Positions 1-10,934 of a stretch of DNA of 64,000 nt are shown piece after piece. The notes beneath the pieces are model-generated. The model worked only from the letters and a program-made list of their open reading frames with translations. It had not been told where the DNA came from and ran no database searches. The DNA lies in assembly GCA_964629325.1 (NCBI GenBank), contig CAZVSC010000001.1, positions 74,083 through 138,082 on the forward strand. Reading direction: 5' to 3'. The stretch's first letter is position 1, and every line of letters starts with the position of its first letter. Source of the DNA: an uncultured Enterobacteriaceae bacterium (GTDB lineage: Bacteria; Pseudomonadota; Gammaproteobacteria; Pseudomonadales; Pseudohongiellaceae). The translations under genes and the position numbers were made by a program.

Positions 1-570
1 CTCACGCAGATGCTTGACGCCCAGCCCGATAGCGTCACCGATGGCCGTGGCGTTTTCCTCGATGATGCCGATCTCGGCTTCCACAAGCAGTGTCTGCACT
101 GTGTCGCGGTCAAAGGTCAGCGGTGCCTGGGTGTAGGCCCGGGCAGCAAACAGGATGAGCCCGAGACGGTCGCCGGTGCGTCTTTCCACGAAGTCGCCCA
201 CGACGGACTTCACCACCTGCAGGCGCGTGGCATTCTGGCCATTCAACTGGATATCCTGGGCTTCCATGGAGCCGGAAATGTCGACGGCAAGCATGAGGTC
301 ACGGCCCGTGGTCGGCAGTTGGACCGGATCACCGACCCATTGCGGCCTGCTGGCAGCAAGCACCAGCAAAAGCCAGGCGAAGATGGCGAGCACGGCGATC
401 AGACGATTACGCGCGCCTACCTTCGGCGCGACAGATTCGATTCGCGACATGGACTTGAAGAAGGGCACGAAAAGCGAAGCGTCACGGTTAGCGGCACGTG
501 GCAAGAGGCCATGGCAAAGCCAGGGGAGGGGCAGCAGGACGAAGACCCAGGGCCAGAGGAACTGGATCAT
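1..570 (-). CDS. von Willebrand factor A (vWA) domain protein, BatA-like. Only the N-terminal part is present; the gene continues left of the window.
   Basis: Absent from the ORF track because it runs off the window. My reverse translation from the ATG at 570-568 gives MIQFLWPWVFVLLPLPWLCHGLLPRAANRD... and later ...GRDLMLAVDISGSMEAQD..., i.e. an N-terminal TM helix plus a MIDAS DxSxS motif. Its start overlaps the stop of the upstream DUF4381 gene (ATGA, 567-570). Confidence 0.8.
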   Translation of the reverse strand, partial: MIQFLWPWVFVLLPLPWLCHGLLPRAANRDASLFVPFFKSMSRIESVAPKVGARNRLIAVLAIFAWLLLVLAASRPQWVGDPVQLPTTGRDLMLAVDISGSMEAQDIQLNGQNATRLQVVKSVVGDFVERRTGDRLGLILFAARAYTQAPLTFDRDTVQTLLVEAEIGIIEENATAIGDAIGLGVKHLRE

Positions 571-1106
571 GCCGCGACTCCTGCTGCCGGCGGTCGCTGC
601 GCGGATGTTGTGTAGCGATTCGCCACCCAGTTCCTGGCGGCCTGGTAGAGCGCATCGCCGTCGGCATCGAATACGGGGCGGTAGGCACCATCCGCGAGTA
701 CCGCACCCGGACCCTGGCTGAAGGCGCTGCCCTGGTCGCACGCATCGAGGAAATGCAGCCAGTCCCGGCCGGTCAGGCTCGAGCAATTGCTGTCCGGATA
801 CATGACCTGGGCCACCCGTTTCAGGAGGGTGTTGACGGCGGCGAGAAACGCGAGCCCGGCCTGGTTGCGGGTCTTGTCGAATGCCGACTGTTCGGTAAAC
901 ACGGTATAGGCCTGATCCAGTTCGCGCAGTACGCTTTCCAGGCGGCGGCGCCGTATCATGGCCGCGAGGGTATGCCGGCAAAGAAACGCCAGGCCGATCA
1001 ACAGGCATAGCAGCAGAATCCACCAGCCGGGAGCGGGAGGCCAGAAAGACACCGGATCAGGCAGGTGTATGTCCCGGAGTTGGCTTAAGGGGTCTTCTGC
1101 TTCCAT
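567..1106 (-). CDS. DUF4381-like small membrane protein of Bat/MoxR operons
   Basis: 179 aa. The N-terminus LRDIHLPDPVSFWPPAPGWWILLLCLLIGLAFL is the motif-plus-TM helix I remember for DUF4381. It sits between the DUF58 and vWA genes. Confidence 0.7.
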   Translation of the reverse strand: MEAEDPLSQLRDIHLPDPVSFWPPAPGWWILLLCLLIGLAFLCRHTLAAMIRRRRLESVLRELDQAYTVFTEQSAFDKTRNQAGLAFLAAVNTLLKRVAQVMYPDSNCSSLTGRDWLHFLDACDQGSAFSQGPGAVLADGAYRPVFDADGDALYQAARNWVANRYTTSAQRPPAAGVAA

Positions 1107-2050
1107 GTTTCCAGCTGGTCCAGTACCACCTGGTCGGTGCGCAGGGGTATCAGTGGGACCTTCATCTTGTTGAATTCGTTGAGCAGCATGGCCTGGCGGT
1201 CGGTGAACTGTTCGTGATACAGCGAGCGCACCGATTTCTTGTAGGTATTGATCGTGCTGCGGTGATGCCCGTCCGTAATACTGTAGACACCGGGAACCGG
1301 CAGGTTTTCCTCCAGCGCGTCATATATAAAGATGCAGGTAACGCTGTTGTGGATCGCCAACTGGTGCAGGTACTGTCTGCAACGGTCGTCGAAGGTCTGG
1401 AAATCGCTGATCATGTACACATTGGACCCGGGACGGGTGATCCGGTACATCTGTTCCAGTGCCTGCAGCAAGTAGTTGGTTCCGGTTGCCGTCTGTTCGG
1501 TATGGTGCTGGACGAGCTCCTGGTTGTAGCGGGCCAGGATATCCAGAAAGCGCAGGGCGGACCGCTTGCTGCGCCGGGGCTTGATGAGCTCCTGTGCACT
1601 GTCGCTGAAGACCACGCCACCAACCCGGTCGCCGTTGTCCACCGTGGTCCAGCAGATGATGGCCGCGGCTTCCGCGGCAACCACTGACTTGAAGGCCACC
1701 TGGCTGCCGAAAAACATGTTATGGCTCTGGTCGCAGCCTATGATCACGGGCCGCTCACGTTCCTCGCGAAATACCTTGGTAAACGGGCGACCGGTCCTGG
1801 CTGTCACCCGCCAGTCGATCTGGCGGATATCATCACCAGGCTGGTAGGCACGGAATTCCTCGAAGTCGACGCCACGCCCCTTGTGCTTGGATATATGCGA
1901 TCCGGACATGCCAAGGCGGCTGCGCGACTGGTAATCCAGTTCGAGGGACTTCGCCACGTGCCGTTGGTCGAACAGTTGTTCGAGGGTGATAAAGGCACCC
2001 CGGCTTCGGTACTGGTCCTGGCGAACGTTTAACTGGCGTTTATGGGACAA
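1085..2050 (-). CDS. DUF58 family protein (MoxR-associated, vWA-like fold)
   Basis: Carries the typical DUF58 core HISKHKGRGVDFEEFRAYQPGDDIRQIDWRVTARTGRPFTKVFREE. The track ORF (to 2182) overlaps moxR. I place the start at the in-frame TTG at 2050-2048, preceded by AAGGAA, just after the moxR stop at 2064. The start is uncertain. Confidence 0.8.
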   Translation of the reverse strand: MSHKRQLNVRQDQYRSRGAFITLEQLFDQRHVAKSLELDYQSRSRLGMSGSHISKHKGRGVDFEEFRAYQPGDDIRQIDWRVTARTGRPFTKVFREERERPVIIGCDQSHNMFFGSQVAFKSVVAAEAAAIICWTTVDNGDRVGGVVFSDSAQELIKPRRSKRSALRFLDILARYNQELVQHHTEQTATGTNYLLQALEQMYRITRPGSNVYMISDFQTFDDRCRQYLHQLAIHNSVTCIFIYDALEENLPVPGVYSITDGHHRSTINTYKKSVRSLYHEQFTDRQAMLLNEFNKMKVPLIPLRTDQVVLDQLETWKQKTP

Positions 2051-2063
2051 GGGAATTCCTTGG

Positions 2064-3023
<960 letters not shown>

Positions 3024-3252
3024 GTAATGGACTCTCTTGCTCTTGCTTCCAGGCTACTGCTGCGGGCCGGCGGCTGCGCCTGAACGGCGCCGGAAATGCA
3101 TCCCCCAAGGATGCCGGCTCGACCAAAAAACCGATTCTATAGTGAATCCCAATGCATTGAAAATGTTACTTGTGGAGCCCCAAGGTGACTAATAGTGTGG
3201 GAAAATAACCACCCGCCAGGCCCCGAAACCCCCAGGAAGGACTCTGTCACCC

Positions 3253-3513
3253 ATGCCAGCCCCGTATTCCACACTGATTCTGTACTCGACGCCGGCCTGT
3301 CACCTCTGTGAAACAGCCCATGCCTTGATGGCGAGCCACCTTGAGCGGCTGGGCATTGTCCTGGAGGAAGTGGACATCAGTATGTCGGATGCCCTGGTGG
3401 ACAGGTACGGGATCCGGATACCGGTAATCCGGTTTGCGGACGGGGAAGCGGAGCTGGGCTGGCCATTTACCGAGGATGCGTTTCTCGGCTTTGTCGGGAG
3501 TAAGGGGGGCTAG
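3253..3513 (+). CDS. Small glutaredoxin/thioredoxin-fold protein (DUF836-like)
   Basis: 86 aa. It has a CxxC (YSTPACHLCE) near the N-terminus and later YGIRIPVI, the pattern of glutaredoxin-2-like small proteins. Confidence 0.65.
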   Translation: MPAPYSTLILYSTPACHLCETAHALMASHLERLGIVLEEVDISMSDALVDRYGIRIPVIRFADGEAELGWPFTEDAFLGFVGSKGG

Positions 3514-4535
3514 ATGATCTTGATATGCCAGGGCTCGTAACGTACGCCGTAGCGGTTGGTATCGGTATAGCGGATATCGACATAGCCGAGCCTGATCAGG
3601 CGCTTGAATTCTTCCGTGTTGGAAAAATCTATGGTGAAGTTGGCTTCGCCCAGGCCGATCTTGCCGACGTCAAAGTCACCGATGCCATGAAAAGAATATC
3701 CCGGCGGCGCCAGCGAGCGTGACGCTTTGGAAAGATTGCCGTTGGACTGGCGCGTCTTGGACAGGTAGAGGTGCATCTGCTTGACCACATTGCGGATGCC
3801 CGAGGTCAGCAGCAGGTTGTTGCCGACATCACGGTGAATCTGCTTGTACTGATTCAGGGAATCGCCCTTGAGGAGGAAATGCCCGCTGCCACCGATCTTT
3901 TCCACTTCACTCTGCAGGATGCGGTGAGTCAGCTCAGGTGTGACCTTTTCACCAAAGAAGCCGTACTGGGTGGCATCGTTGAAGAAGATTTCCTCCATGA
4001 ACGCGATCTCGGCCGGATCGAAATCGCCTATTTCCTCGTAGTTGCGTGCGAAATAGAGCATCTCGTCGAAGCCAATGAGGTTGAAATTGCCATGGCCGAT
4101 GAAGCGCTGCACCCGCTCCAGGCGCTCGATGGTCGGTGACAACAGCAGCTGGTTGATTTCGCTCAGGTAGATATCGCCCGGAAAGTCGCCACCGAAATTG
4201 CGGATCTTTTCCAGGTAAATATTGACGTCTGTGTCCTCAAGGCTGTCGATCTCGACTACGTCGACCCGGCGCTCGGTATGCTTGAATCCTTCCTGCAGGT
4301 CATTTTCCGGCGCCACGACCATGATGCCTTCCTCCGCCGTGGGCAGGGCTTCAGAAGCCAGTTGCCGGGTTTCATGGGAAATGGCGGTGTCGGGACCGAT
4401 AGGGAGCGGTTCGTGGAGACCCGGCATGTCGCTGAAGGACAGGCGGTTGTTCTTGTACTGGTCATACAGCCGGGAGCTGAGGAAGGAAATGCCCCCACCT
4501 GCGATGACTGCTGCCAGAAAGTCCCGTTTTTTCAT
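3510..4535 (-). CDS. Peptidase M15 (VanY / D-Ala-D-Ala carboxypeptidase-like) protein with a signal/anchor
   Basis: The C-terminal motifs PGYSFHGIGDFDVG and YEPWHIKII match the M15 zinc-ligand regions (SxHxxGxAxD ... EPWH). I start it at the ATG at 4535 (MKKRDFLAAVIAGGGISFL). The track extension to 4673 would overlap tatD. Confidence 0.7.
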   Translation of the reverse strand: MKKRDFLAAVIAGGGISFLSSRLYDQYKNNRLSFSDMPGLHEPLPIGPDTAISHETRQLASEALPTAEEGIMVVAPENDLQEGFKHTERRVDVVEIDSLEDTDVNIYLEKIRNFGGDFPGDIYLSEINQLLLSPTIERLERVQRFIGHGNFNLIGFDEMLYFARNYEEIGDFDPAEIAFMEEIFFNDATQYGFFGEKVTPELTHRILQSEVEKIGGSGHFLLKGDSLNQYKQIHRDVGNNLLLTSGIRNVVKQMHLYLSKTRQSNGNLSKASRSLAPPGYSFHGIGDFDVGKIGLGEANFTIDFSNTEEFKRLIRLGYVDIRYTDTNRYGVRYEPWHIKII

Positions 4536-4557
4536 ATCCCGCGGAATATAGCAAAGA

Positions 4558-5361
4558 TTATATGGCGAAAAAATCCCTGGCCGTCCGGGTTGTCTGTTCG
4601 GCAAGGCTTTTTTCCGATTTGCCGAGGCACTCGGCAACGGCAGCCAGCACGTGGACCAGATTGGCTGGTTCATTTCGACGGGTTTTGGGTTTGGGCCGGA
4701 TGGTGCGCGGCATCAGGTAGGGAGAGTCGGTTTCAAGCATGAGCTTGTCTGCAGGGATCAGGCCGACAATGTCGTGCAGGTGGTGACCGCGCCGTTCATC
4801 GCAGATCCAGCCGGTAATGCCGATATGCATGTCGAGTTCCAGGTAATCGCGCAGTTCTGCTTCCGTGCCGGTGAAGCAATGCACGACACCGCGGGGCAGG
4901 GCATTGCGGTATTCACTGAGGATTTCCAGAAAATCGGCATGACCGTCGCGCTGGTGCAGGAACACCGGCATGTCGAGTTTCGCTGCCAGGGCCATCTGGG
5001 CGGCGAATGCCTCCCGCTGCCGGTCGCGAGGGGAGAAATCCCGAAAATAATCCAGCCCCGTCTCACCCACGGCCCGGACGCAGGAATTGCCGGCCAGCGC
5101 CTCGAGGTCGGCGATGGCTGAGGGATTCTCGTGGGCCGCATCATGGGGGTGGATGCCCGCGGTGCAGTAAAGAAAACCCGGGTACTGGCCAGCCAGGCTG
5201 GCGGCGGCGCTGCTTGCAGGAACGGAGGTGCCGGTGACGAAAATCTGCTCGATGCCGACCGCCCGGGCTTCGTCCAGGACCTGATCCAGGTCGTGGCTGA
5301 AACTTTCATGGCTGAGATTGGCACCGATGTCGACCAGCGGATATGGATTTTTTGATCTCAT
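4558..5361 (-). CDS. tatD: TatD-family metal-dependent hydrolase/DNase
   Basis: 267 aa. It has LVDIGANLSHESF at the N-terminus and GETGLDY, FLHQRD, HCFTG and ETDSPYL motifs typical of TatD. Confidence 0.88.
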   Translation of the reverse strand: MRSKNPYPLVDIGANLSHESFSHDLDQVLDEARAVGIEQIFVTGTSVPASSAAASLAGQYPGFLYCTAGIHPHDAAHENPSAIADLEALAGNSCVRAVGETGLDYFRDFSPRDRQREAFAAQMALAAKLDMPVFLHQRDGHADFLEILSEYRNALPRGVVHCFTGTEAELRDYLELDMHIGITGWICDERRGHHLHDIVGLIPADKLMLETDSPYLMPRTIRPKPKTRRNEPANLVHVLAAVAECLGKSEKSLAEQTTRTARDFFAI

Positions 5362-5550
5362 GGGCGTGGTGGAGTACTGCGATACATTCGTCGGTATGGT
5401 ACCTCAAGGGACAACGCGCAAGGAACAAGGTAGCGTGCGGCACCTGGGCGCCTTGCTCCTTGTTCCCTGTTCCTGTAAAAACTTGAGAGAAAACATGATT
5501 TCGCCGCTATAATAGCGACCTTTTGAATTTCGGACGCCTGAATCTTGGTT

Positions 5551-6588
5551 ATGAACGCGCAAGAGAAAAAGCCCATCGACTGGAAGAGCCTGGGTTTTGA
5601 ATATACCCGGACCGACTACCGTTTTGTCGCCCGCTGGCGCAAGGGTGAATGGTCTGTGGGTGAGCTGACCACGGACGAGATCATGCACATCCATGAAGGC
5701 TCTCCGGCGCTGCATTATGCCCAGCAGTGCTTCGAAGGCATGAAAGCGCAGACTGCAGAAGACGGCCGCATCCTGTTGTTTCGCCCGGGGCTTAATTTCG
5801 AGCGTATGCGCAATACTGCTGAGCGCCTGTCCATGCCGGTCGTACCGGAAGAGCTGTTCCTGCGTGGTGTAAAAGAAGCCGTCAGGGCCAATGCGGCCTG
5901 GGTGCCGCCTTACGGCAGCGGCGCTTCCCTGTATATCCGGCCGCTGCTCATCGGGATCGGTGAGAATATGGGCCTGCGCCCGGCCAAGGAATACGAATTC
6001 CGGGTAATGGTTTCCCCGGTAGGACCCTATTACAAGAGCGGGGGGCTGTCTGTCATCAAGCTGGCGGTGTCGGATTTCGACCGTGCGGCGCCCCATGGCA
6101 CCGGCGACGTCAAGGCCGGGGCCAACTATCCCGGCGGCCTGTATGCCACCCGCAAGGCCCAGGAGATGGGTGCCAATGAGGCGCTGTACCTGGATGCCGC
6201 ACACAGGCGGTATATAGAAGAAGCAGGATCGGCGAACATTGTCATATACACGAACAACAATACCCTGATCACCCCGCAATCGGCTGCGATTCTGCCCAGC
6301 ATCACGCGGCGCTCGATCATGGATATCGCGGCCAAGGATCTGGGGCTGGCCACTGAAGAACGCCCCATAGACCTGCGTGCTGAAATCAACAGCTTCGCCG
6401 AGGTGGCGGCTTGTGGTACTGCTGCAGTATTGTCACCGGTCGGCAAGATCTGGTTCGATGATGCCTGGCACAGTTTCTACGGCAATGGCGAGAAGGTCGG
6501 GCCGGTCATGCAGCAGTTGTATGACCTGCTGCGCCAGGTTCAGAGCGGTGAGAAGGCGGACACCTACGGCTGGACCGTGGAAGTCTGA
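5551..6588 (+). CDS. ilvE: Branched-chain amino acid aminotransferase (class IV, long form)
   Basis: Carries HYAQQCFEGMKA, LYIRPL, GDVKAGANY and EEAGSANIV motifs. An ATG at 5551 lies two codons inside the track's TTG start. Confidence 0.9.
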   Translation: MNAQEKKPIDWKSLGFEYTRTDYRFVARWRKGEWSVGELTTDEIMHIHEGSPALHYAQQCFEGMKAQTAEDGRILLFRPGLNFERMRNTAERLSMPVVPEELFLRGVKEAVRANAAWVPPYGSGASLYIRPLLIGIGENMGLRPAKEYEFRVMVSPVGPYYKSGGLSVIKLAVSDFDRAAPHGTGDVKAGANYPGGLYATRKAQEMGANEALYLDAAHRRYIEEAGSANIVIYTNNNTLITPQSAAILPSITRRSIMDIAAKDLGLATEERPIDLRAEINSFAEVAACGTAAVLSPVGKIWFDDAWHSFYGNGEKVGPVMQQLYDLLRQVQSGEKADTYGWTVEV

Positions 6589-7023
6589 ACCGCTCCCGGC
6601 TCCGGGCCAAAAGTCACGGCAACACAGTCCGAGCCTCCTGATTAATCTACGATTTTCATCGTGCAGGCCCCGTAATTTCATTTCGTCGGATCGCCAGGAT
6701 GAACCATGCCTGTGCATGCAGTTTGTGAGTTGCGCCATTAGCTACCTCTTCCTTTTTCCGGATTCCTCTGCTTTAATGCCGGCCTTTTTTGGCGGTCACA
6801 CGGGAAATTATTCTCATCGTTGGTGATGATGTGTAAAAAACCCCGGTAAATACAGCGTATTTCGTACTGAAAAAGTGTACAGGACTGCAGAATCGACAAA
6901 TATTTAATTGACGGCCCTTGACCCCGGCAGGACTTGTCATTAATTATGTCGCCTGTTTTTGCATTGACACGCAAGAATATTTTTTAACACATCACGCAAG
7001 ACACACTCGATACTAAAGGCTTC

Positions 7024-9690
7024 ATGAGCAAATCACTGGTTATTGTTGAGTCGCCCGCCAAGGCCAAGACTATTAACAAATATCTCGGCAATGACTTCAT
7101 CGTGAAGTCTTCCGTGGGTCATATACGCGACCTGCCCACCAGTGGCTCCAACGGCACAGTGGATGCAAAGGCGCGCGCCAAGGCTGCTGCGGAAACCCGC
7201 AAAATGGATCCCGAGCAGAAACGCATACACAAGGCGAAAAAGGCCAGGGAACAACTGATCGCCCGCATGGGCATTGACCCCGAACATGGCTGGAAAGCCA
7301 ATTACAAGATTCTGCCCGGTAAGGAAAAGGTCGTTAATGAGCTGAAAAAGTTCGCCAAGAATGCCGATGCCATATACCTGGCTACCGACCTTGACCGCGA
7401 GGGAGAAGCCATCGCCTGGCACCTGCGCGAGGCCATCGGCGGCGATGATTCCCGCTACAAACGTGTGGTCTTCAACGAGATCACCAAGAAGGCTATCACC
7501 GAGGCCTTTTCCCACCCCGGGGAAGTGGATATGAAGCATGTCCAGGCACAGCAGGCGCGCCGCTTTCTCGATCGCGTCGTAGGCTTCATGGTGTCCCCGC
7601 TGCTCTGGGCCAAAGTGGCAAGGGGGCTGTCCGCAGGCAGGGTGCAGTCTGTGGCCGTACGTCTGCTCGTGGAAAGGGAGCAGGAAATTCGTGCTTTCGT
7701 GCCCGAGGAATACTGGGAGCTTTATGCCAACCTGCTCACCGGTAAAATGCAGGGCAAGGACGACGTCGAGCCGCTGCGGTTCGAGGTGGCCAGGCACCGG
7801 AACAGCGAATTCAAGCCCAAGAACGAAGCCGATACGCGGGCGGCCATGGCAGAACTCGAGCCGGCGGCCTACGTGGTTGCCGATCGCGAGGACAAACCCA
7901 CGTCCTCGAAACCGCGTGCCCCTTTTATTACCTCGACCCTGCAGCAGGCCGCCTCCACGCGCCTCGGCTTCAGCGTCAAAAAAACCATGACCATGGCACA
8001 GCGCCTGTATGAAGCCGGCTTCATCACCTACATGCGTACCGACTCCACCGCGCTCAGCAACGATGCCCTTGCCATGGCGCGGGATTTCATCAAGACAAAT
8101 TTTGGTGACAGGTACCTGCCCGATTCTCCGAACCGCTATTCCAGCCGGGAAGGCGCCCAGGAAGCCCACGAAGCCATCCGGCCTTCGGACGTGGAGGTCC
8201 GCGAGAATTCATCGCGCCTCGACGGCCTCGATCGCGATGCGGTGCGCCTTTACAACCTGATCTGGCAGCAGTTTCTGGCGTGCCAGATGACCCCGGCCCG
8301 CTACAAAAGCTCAACCGTGAAGGTCAACGCCGCGGATTATGAACTGCGCATCAAGGGCCGCATCATGGAATTCGACGGCTATACCCGCGTGCTGCCGGCC
8401 AACAAGGACGGCGACGTGGAACTGCCGGACATGAAGGTGGGGGATACCCTTGCCCTGATAAACCTCGACCCCATGCAGCATTTCACCAAGCCGCCTCCCC
8501 GTTACACGGAAGCGAGTCTGGTGAAGGAACTGGAAAAGCGCGATATAGGCCGTCCTTCTACCTATGCATCGATTATCTCCACGATCCAGGACCGCGGTTA
8601 CGTGAAGCTGGAGAATCGCCGCTTCTACGCGCAGAAGATGGGCGACATCGTCACCGACCGGCTGGTCGAGAATTTCGCCGACCTGATGGATTATGAATTC
8701 ACCGCACGCATGGAAGACAACCTTGACGATATAGCGCAGGGCAACAAGGAATGGCTGGAAGTTCTCAACAACTTCTATTCAGAGTTCACCAAGCAGTTGG
8801 AAGCAGCGCAGTCCGACGAAAACGGCATGCGTGAAAACAATCCCACGGAAACGGACATCAAGTGCCCGACCTGTGCACGGAACATGCAGATACGCACCGG
8901 TTCCACCGGCGTCTTCCTCGGCTGTTCCGGATACAACCTGCCGCCGAAAGAACGCTGCAAGACCACCATGAACCTGACGCCCGGCGACGAGGCGATCAGC
9001 GTGGATGCGGATGACGAAGCCGAGTCTCGTCTGCTGCTGCACAAGCACCGCTGCAAAATCTGCGATACCGCCATGGACTCCTACCTCATCGATGAAAATC
9101 GCAAGCTGCATGTATGCGGCAACAATCCCGGCTGTTCGGGCTTCGAGGTGGAAGAGGGCAAGTTCAAACTGAAAGGCTATGACGGCCCGATACTGGAATG
9201 CGACAAGTGCGGTGCCGAAATGCAGCTCAAGAACGGCCGTTTCGGCAAATACTTCGGCTGCACTGCCGCCGACTGCAAGAACACGCGCAAGTTGTTGCGC
9301 AACGGCGAGGCGGCGCCGCCCAAGATGGACCCCGTGCCAATGCCAGAACTCCAGTGCGAAAAAGTGGATGACACCTATGTATTGCGCGATGGTGCCGCAG
9401 GCCTCTTCCTGGCCGCCAGCCAATTCCCCAAGAACCGTGAAACCCGTGCTCCATTCGTGGAAGAATTGCTGCCGCACAAGGACGAGATAGATCCCAAGTA
9501 TGCCTTCCTCATGAAAGCGCCGACAGAAGACCCCGACGGCAACAAGACCGTGGTGAAATTCAGCCGCAAGAACAAGGAGCAGTACGTGCAGAGCGAGGTC
9601 GACAAGAAGCCTACGGGCTGGAAGGCGTTCTACCGCAAGGGCCGCTGGGTGGAAGACGGCAAGGAAACCGCAAGCGCCAAGTCAGCCTGA
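7024..9690 (+). CDS. topA: DNA topoisomerase I
   Basis: 888 aa. The N-terminal Toprim region is [22 protein letters not shown] and the active-site region is ITYMRTDS. Three C-terminal zinc-ribbon motifs are present (CPTC..C..C, CKIC..C..C, CDKC..C..C). Confidence 0.97.
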   Translation: MSKSLVIVESPAKAKTINKYLGNDFIVKSSVGHIRDLPTSGSNGTVDAKARAKAAAETRKMDPEQKRIHKAKKAREQLIARMGIDPEHGWKANYKILPGKEKVVNELKKFAKNADAIYLATDLDREGEAIAWHLREAIGGDDSRYKRVVFNEITKKAITEAFSHPGEVDMKHVQAQQARRFLDRVVGFMVSPLLWAKVARGLSAGRVQSVAVRLLVEREQEIRAFVPEEYWELYANLLTGKMQGKDDVEPLRFEVARHRNSEFKPKNEADTRAAMAELEPAAYVVADREDKPTSSKPRAPFITSTLQQAASTRLGFSVKKTMTMAQRLYEAGFITYMRTDSTALSNDALAMARDFIKTNFGDRYLPDSPNRYSSREGAQEAHEAIRPSDVEVRENSSRLDGLDRDAVRLYNLIWQQFLACQMTPARYKSSTVKVNAADYELRIKGRIMEFDGYTRVLPANKDGDVELPDMKVGDTLALINLDPMQHFTKPPPRYTEASLVKELEKRDIGRPSTYASIISTIQDRGYVKLENRRFYAQKMGDIVTDRLVENFADLMDYEFTARMEDNLDDIAQGNKEWLEVLNNFYSEFTKQLEAAQSDENGMRENNPTETDIKCPTCARNMQIRTGSTGVFLGCSGYNLPPKERCKTTMNLTPGDEAISVDADDEAESRLLLHKHRCKICDTAMDSYLIDENRKLHVCGNNPGCSGFEVEEGKFKLKGYDGPILECDKCGAEMQLKNGRFGKYFGCTAADCKNTRKLLRNGEAAPPKMDPVPMPELQCEKVDDTYVLRDGAAGLFLAASQFPKNRETRAPFVEELLPHKDEIDPKYAFLMKAPTEDPDGNKTVVKFSRKNKEQYVQSEVDKKPTGWKAFYRKGRWVEDGKETASAKSA

Positions 9691-9714
9691 ATTACCTGAG
9701 CCCGGCACCTGCCC

Positions 9715-10791
9715 ATGGATGCATTGTTCACCTGGATAGAAGTCAACAACTGGATACTGCATGTATTCGGTGTGGTAGCCGCTACCGTATCCCTCAATTT
9801 CATTCTGAGACTGGTCCTGCGCCGCCTCATGGGCAAGGCGAAGGATTCCAGGAATGCCTGGGATGACGCCCTGGTCGAGGCCAGCAAACGGCCGCTACTG
9901 CTGTTCGTCTGGGTAATTGGCCTGTCCATAGCCGCGGAGATCGTCGAACAAGTCTCCAATAACGAGCTGTTCCAGTACACCACACTGGCGCGGCATATCG
10001 CGATCATCCTGCTGCTCATGATGTTCCTGGTGAAGCTCATCCGCAACGTGGAAGAGAGCATCATCGCCAGGCGTGAGCTGAATGAAGTCGATGCGGACGA
10101 AGTTACCGTCAAGGTGATCGGCCGCCTGCTGCGCATTTCGGTAATGATCACCGGCGCCCTGGTCATCCTGCAGACGCTCGGCATCAGTGTAAGTGGCGTG
10201 CTCGCGTTCGGTGGTATCGGCGGGATCGCCGTCGGTTTTGCCGCCAAGGATCTGCTGTCGAATTTCTTCGGCAGCCTGATGATTTACCTGGACAGGCCAT
10301 TTTCCATCGGTGACTGGGTGCGTTCTCCTGACCGCGACATCGAAGGCACGGTGGAGGATATCGGCTGGCGGCTGACGAAAATCCGCACCTTCGACAAACG
10401 ACCGCTATACATACCGAACTCCATGTTCAATACCATCATCCTGGAAAACCCGTCACGAATGACCAATCGTCGCATCAACGAGACTTTTGGCCTGCGCTAC
10501 TGCGATGCTGCCAAAATTCGACCAATCGTTGCAGCCGTGAAGGACATGCTGAAGCATCACCCGGAGATAGATACCGAAAAGACCCTGATCGTCAACTTCA
10601 ACGCACTGGCGCCTTCCAGCCTCGATTTCTTCATCTATACCTTCACGAAAACAACCGAGTGGGTGAAATACCATGAAGTCAAACAGGATGTCCTGCTCAA
10701 AATCATCGATATCATCCACAGCCACGATGCCGACATTGCCTTTCCCACGCGTACTCTCGACGGCCTGGATCAGCTTAAAACCGGGAATTGA
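9715..10791 (+). CDS. Mechanosensitive ion channel, MscS family
   Basis: 358 aa. It has N-terminal TM helices, the pore-helix region GGIGGIAVGFAAKDLLSNFF and a beta-domain motif RPFSIGDWV. Confidence 0.85.
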   Translation: MDALFTWIEVNNWILHVFGVVAATVSLNFILRLVLRRLMGKAKDSRNAWDDALVEASKRPLLLFVWVIGLSIAAEIVEQVSNNELFQYTTLARHIAIILLLMMFLVKLIRNVEESIIARRELNEVDADEVTVKVIGRLLRISVMITGALVILQTLGISVSGVLAFGGIGGIAVGFAAKDLLSNFFGSLMIYLDRPFSIGDWVRSPDRDIEGTVEDIGWRLTKIRTFDKRPLYIPNSMFNTIILENPSRMTNRRINETFGLRYCDAAKIRPIVAAVKDMLKHHPEIDTEKTLIVNFNALAPSSLDFFIYTFTKTTEWVKYHEVKQDVLLKIIDIIHSHDADIAFPTRTLDGLDQLKTGN

Positions 10792-10893
10792 TGCGCCCCC
10801 TGATAGGCGATACAGCGCTGTCCGCCTGCATTTGTTCCGGATCAAATCGATTGCGAATATTTTCCATATAATTTGCATAATTTTCCCCAAACT

Positions 10894-10918
10894 AATAATG
10901 TAAATTAAATACATTATT
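10894..10918. promoter_or_regulatory. Operator-like perfect inverted repeat AATAATGTA-N7-TACATTATT
   Basis: Read directly from the sequence. It lies 16 bp upstream of the ATG at 10935 and downstream of a perfect TATAAT at 10867-10872. Confidence 0.35.
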
Positions 10919-10934
10919 TGGGACAAAACCGTCA

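Noticed and set aside
10-721. Plus-strand ORFs at the left edge (10-615 and 155-721).
   Set aside because: The minus strand here reads as a clean vWA/BatA N-terminus (TM helix plus DISGSM MIDAS) that is translationally coupled to the DUF4381 gene. The plus-strand translations are featureless.
5416-5466. A hairpin built from CAAGG / CCTTG pentamer repeats between divergent tatD and ilvE.
   Set aside because: It is imperfect and composed of a low-complexity pentamer. It may be a regulator site, but I cannot distinguish that from chance with this evidence.
6589-7023. A possible small gene or sRNA in the 435-bp ilvE-topA spacer, including a 9-mer direct repeat CACGCAAGA at 6968-6976 and 6993-7001, and the track ORF 6738-6974.
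   Set aside because: The ORF translation is implausible and lacks an RBS. The 9-mer pair is weak evidence. The region most likely holds the multiple topA promoters known from other bacteria.
7033-8169. Very long antisense ORFs opposite confidently assigned genes. Examples are 7033-8169 (378 aa) opposite topA, 12702-13949 opposite the propeller dehydrogenase, 5404-6279 opposite ilvE and 36270-37127 opposite pabC. Others are 46637-47515 opposite the recombinase, 56198-57127 opposite cysB, 58079-59047 opposite the 5'-nucleotidase and 18402-19379 opposite the helicase.
   Set aside because: These are typical shadow ORFs of GC-rich DNA. Their translations are Arg/Gly/Ala/Pro-rich with no motifs, while the opposite strand carries unmistakable family signatures.
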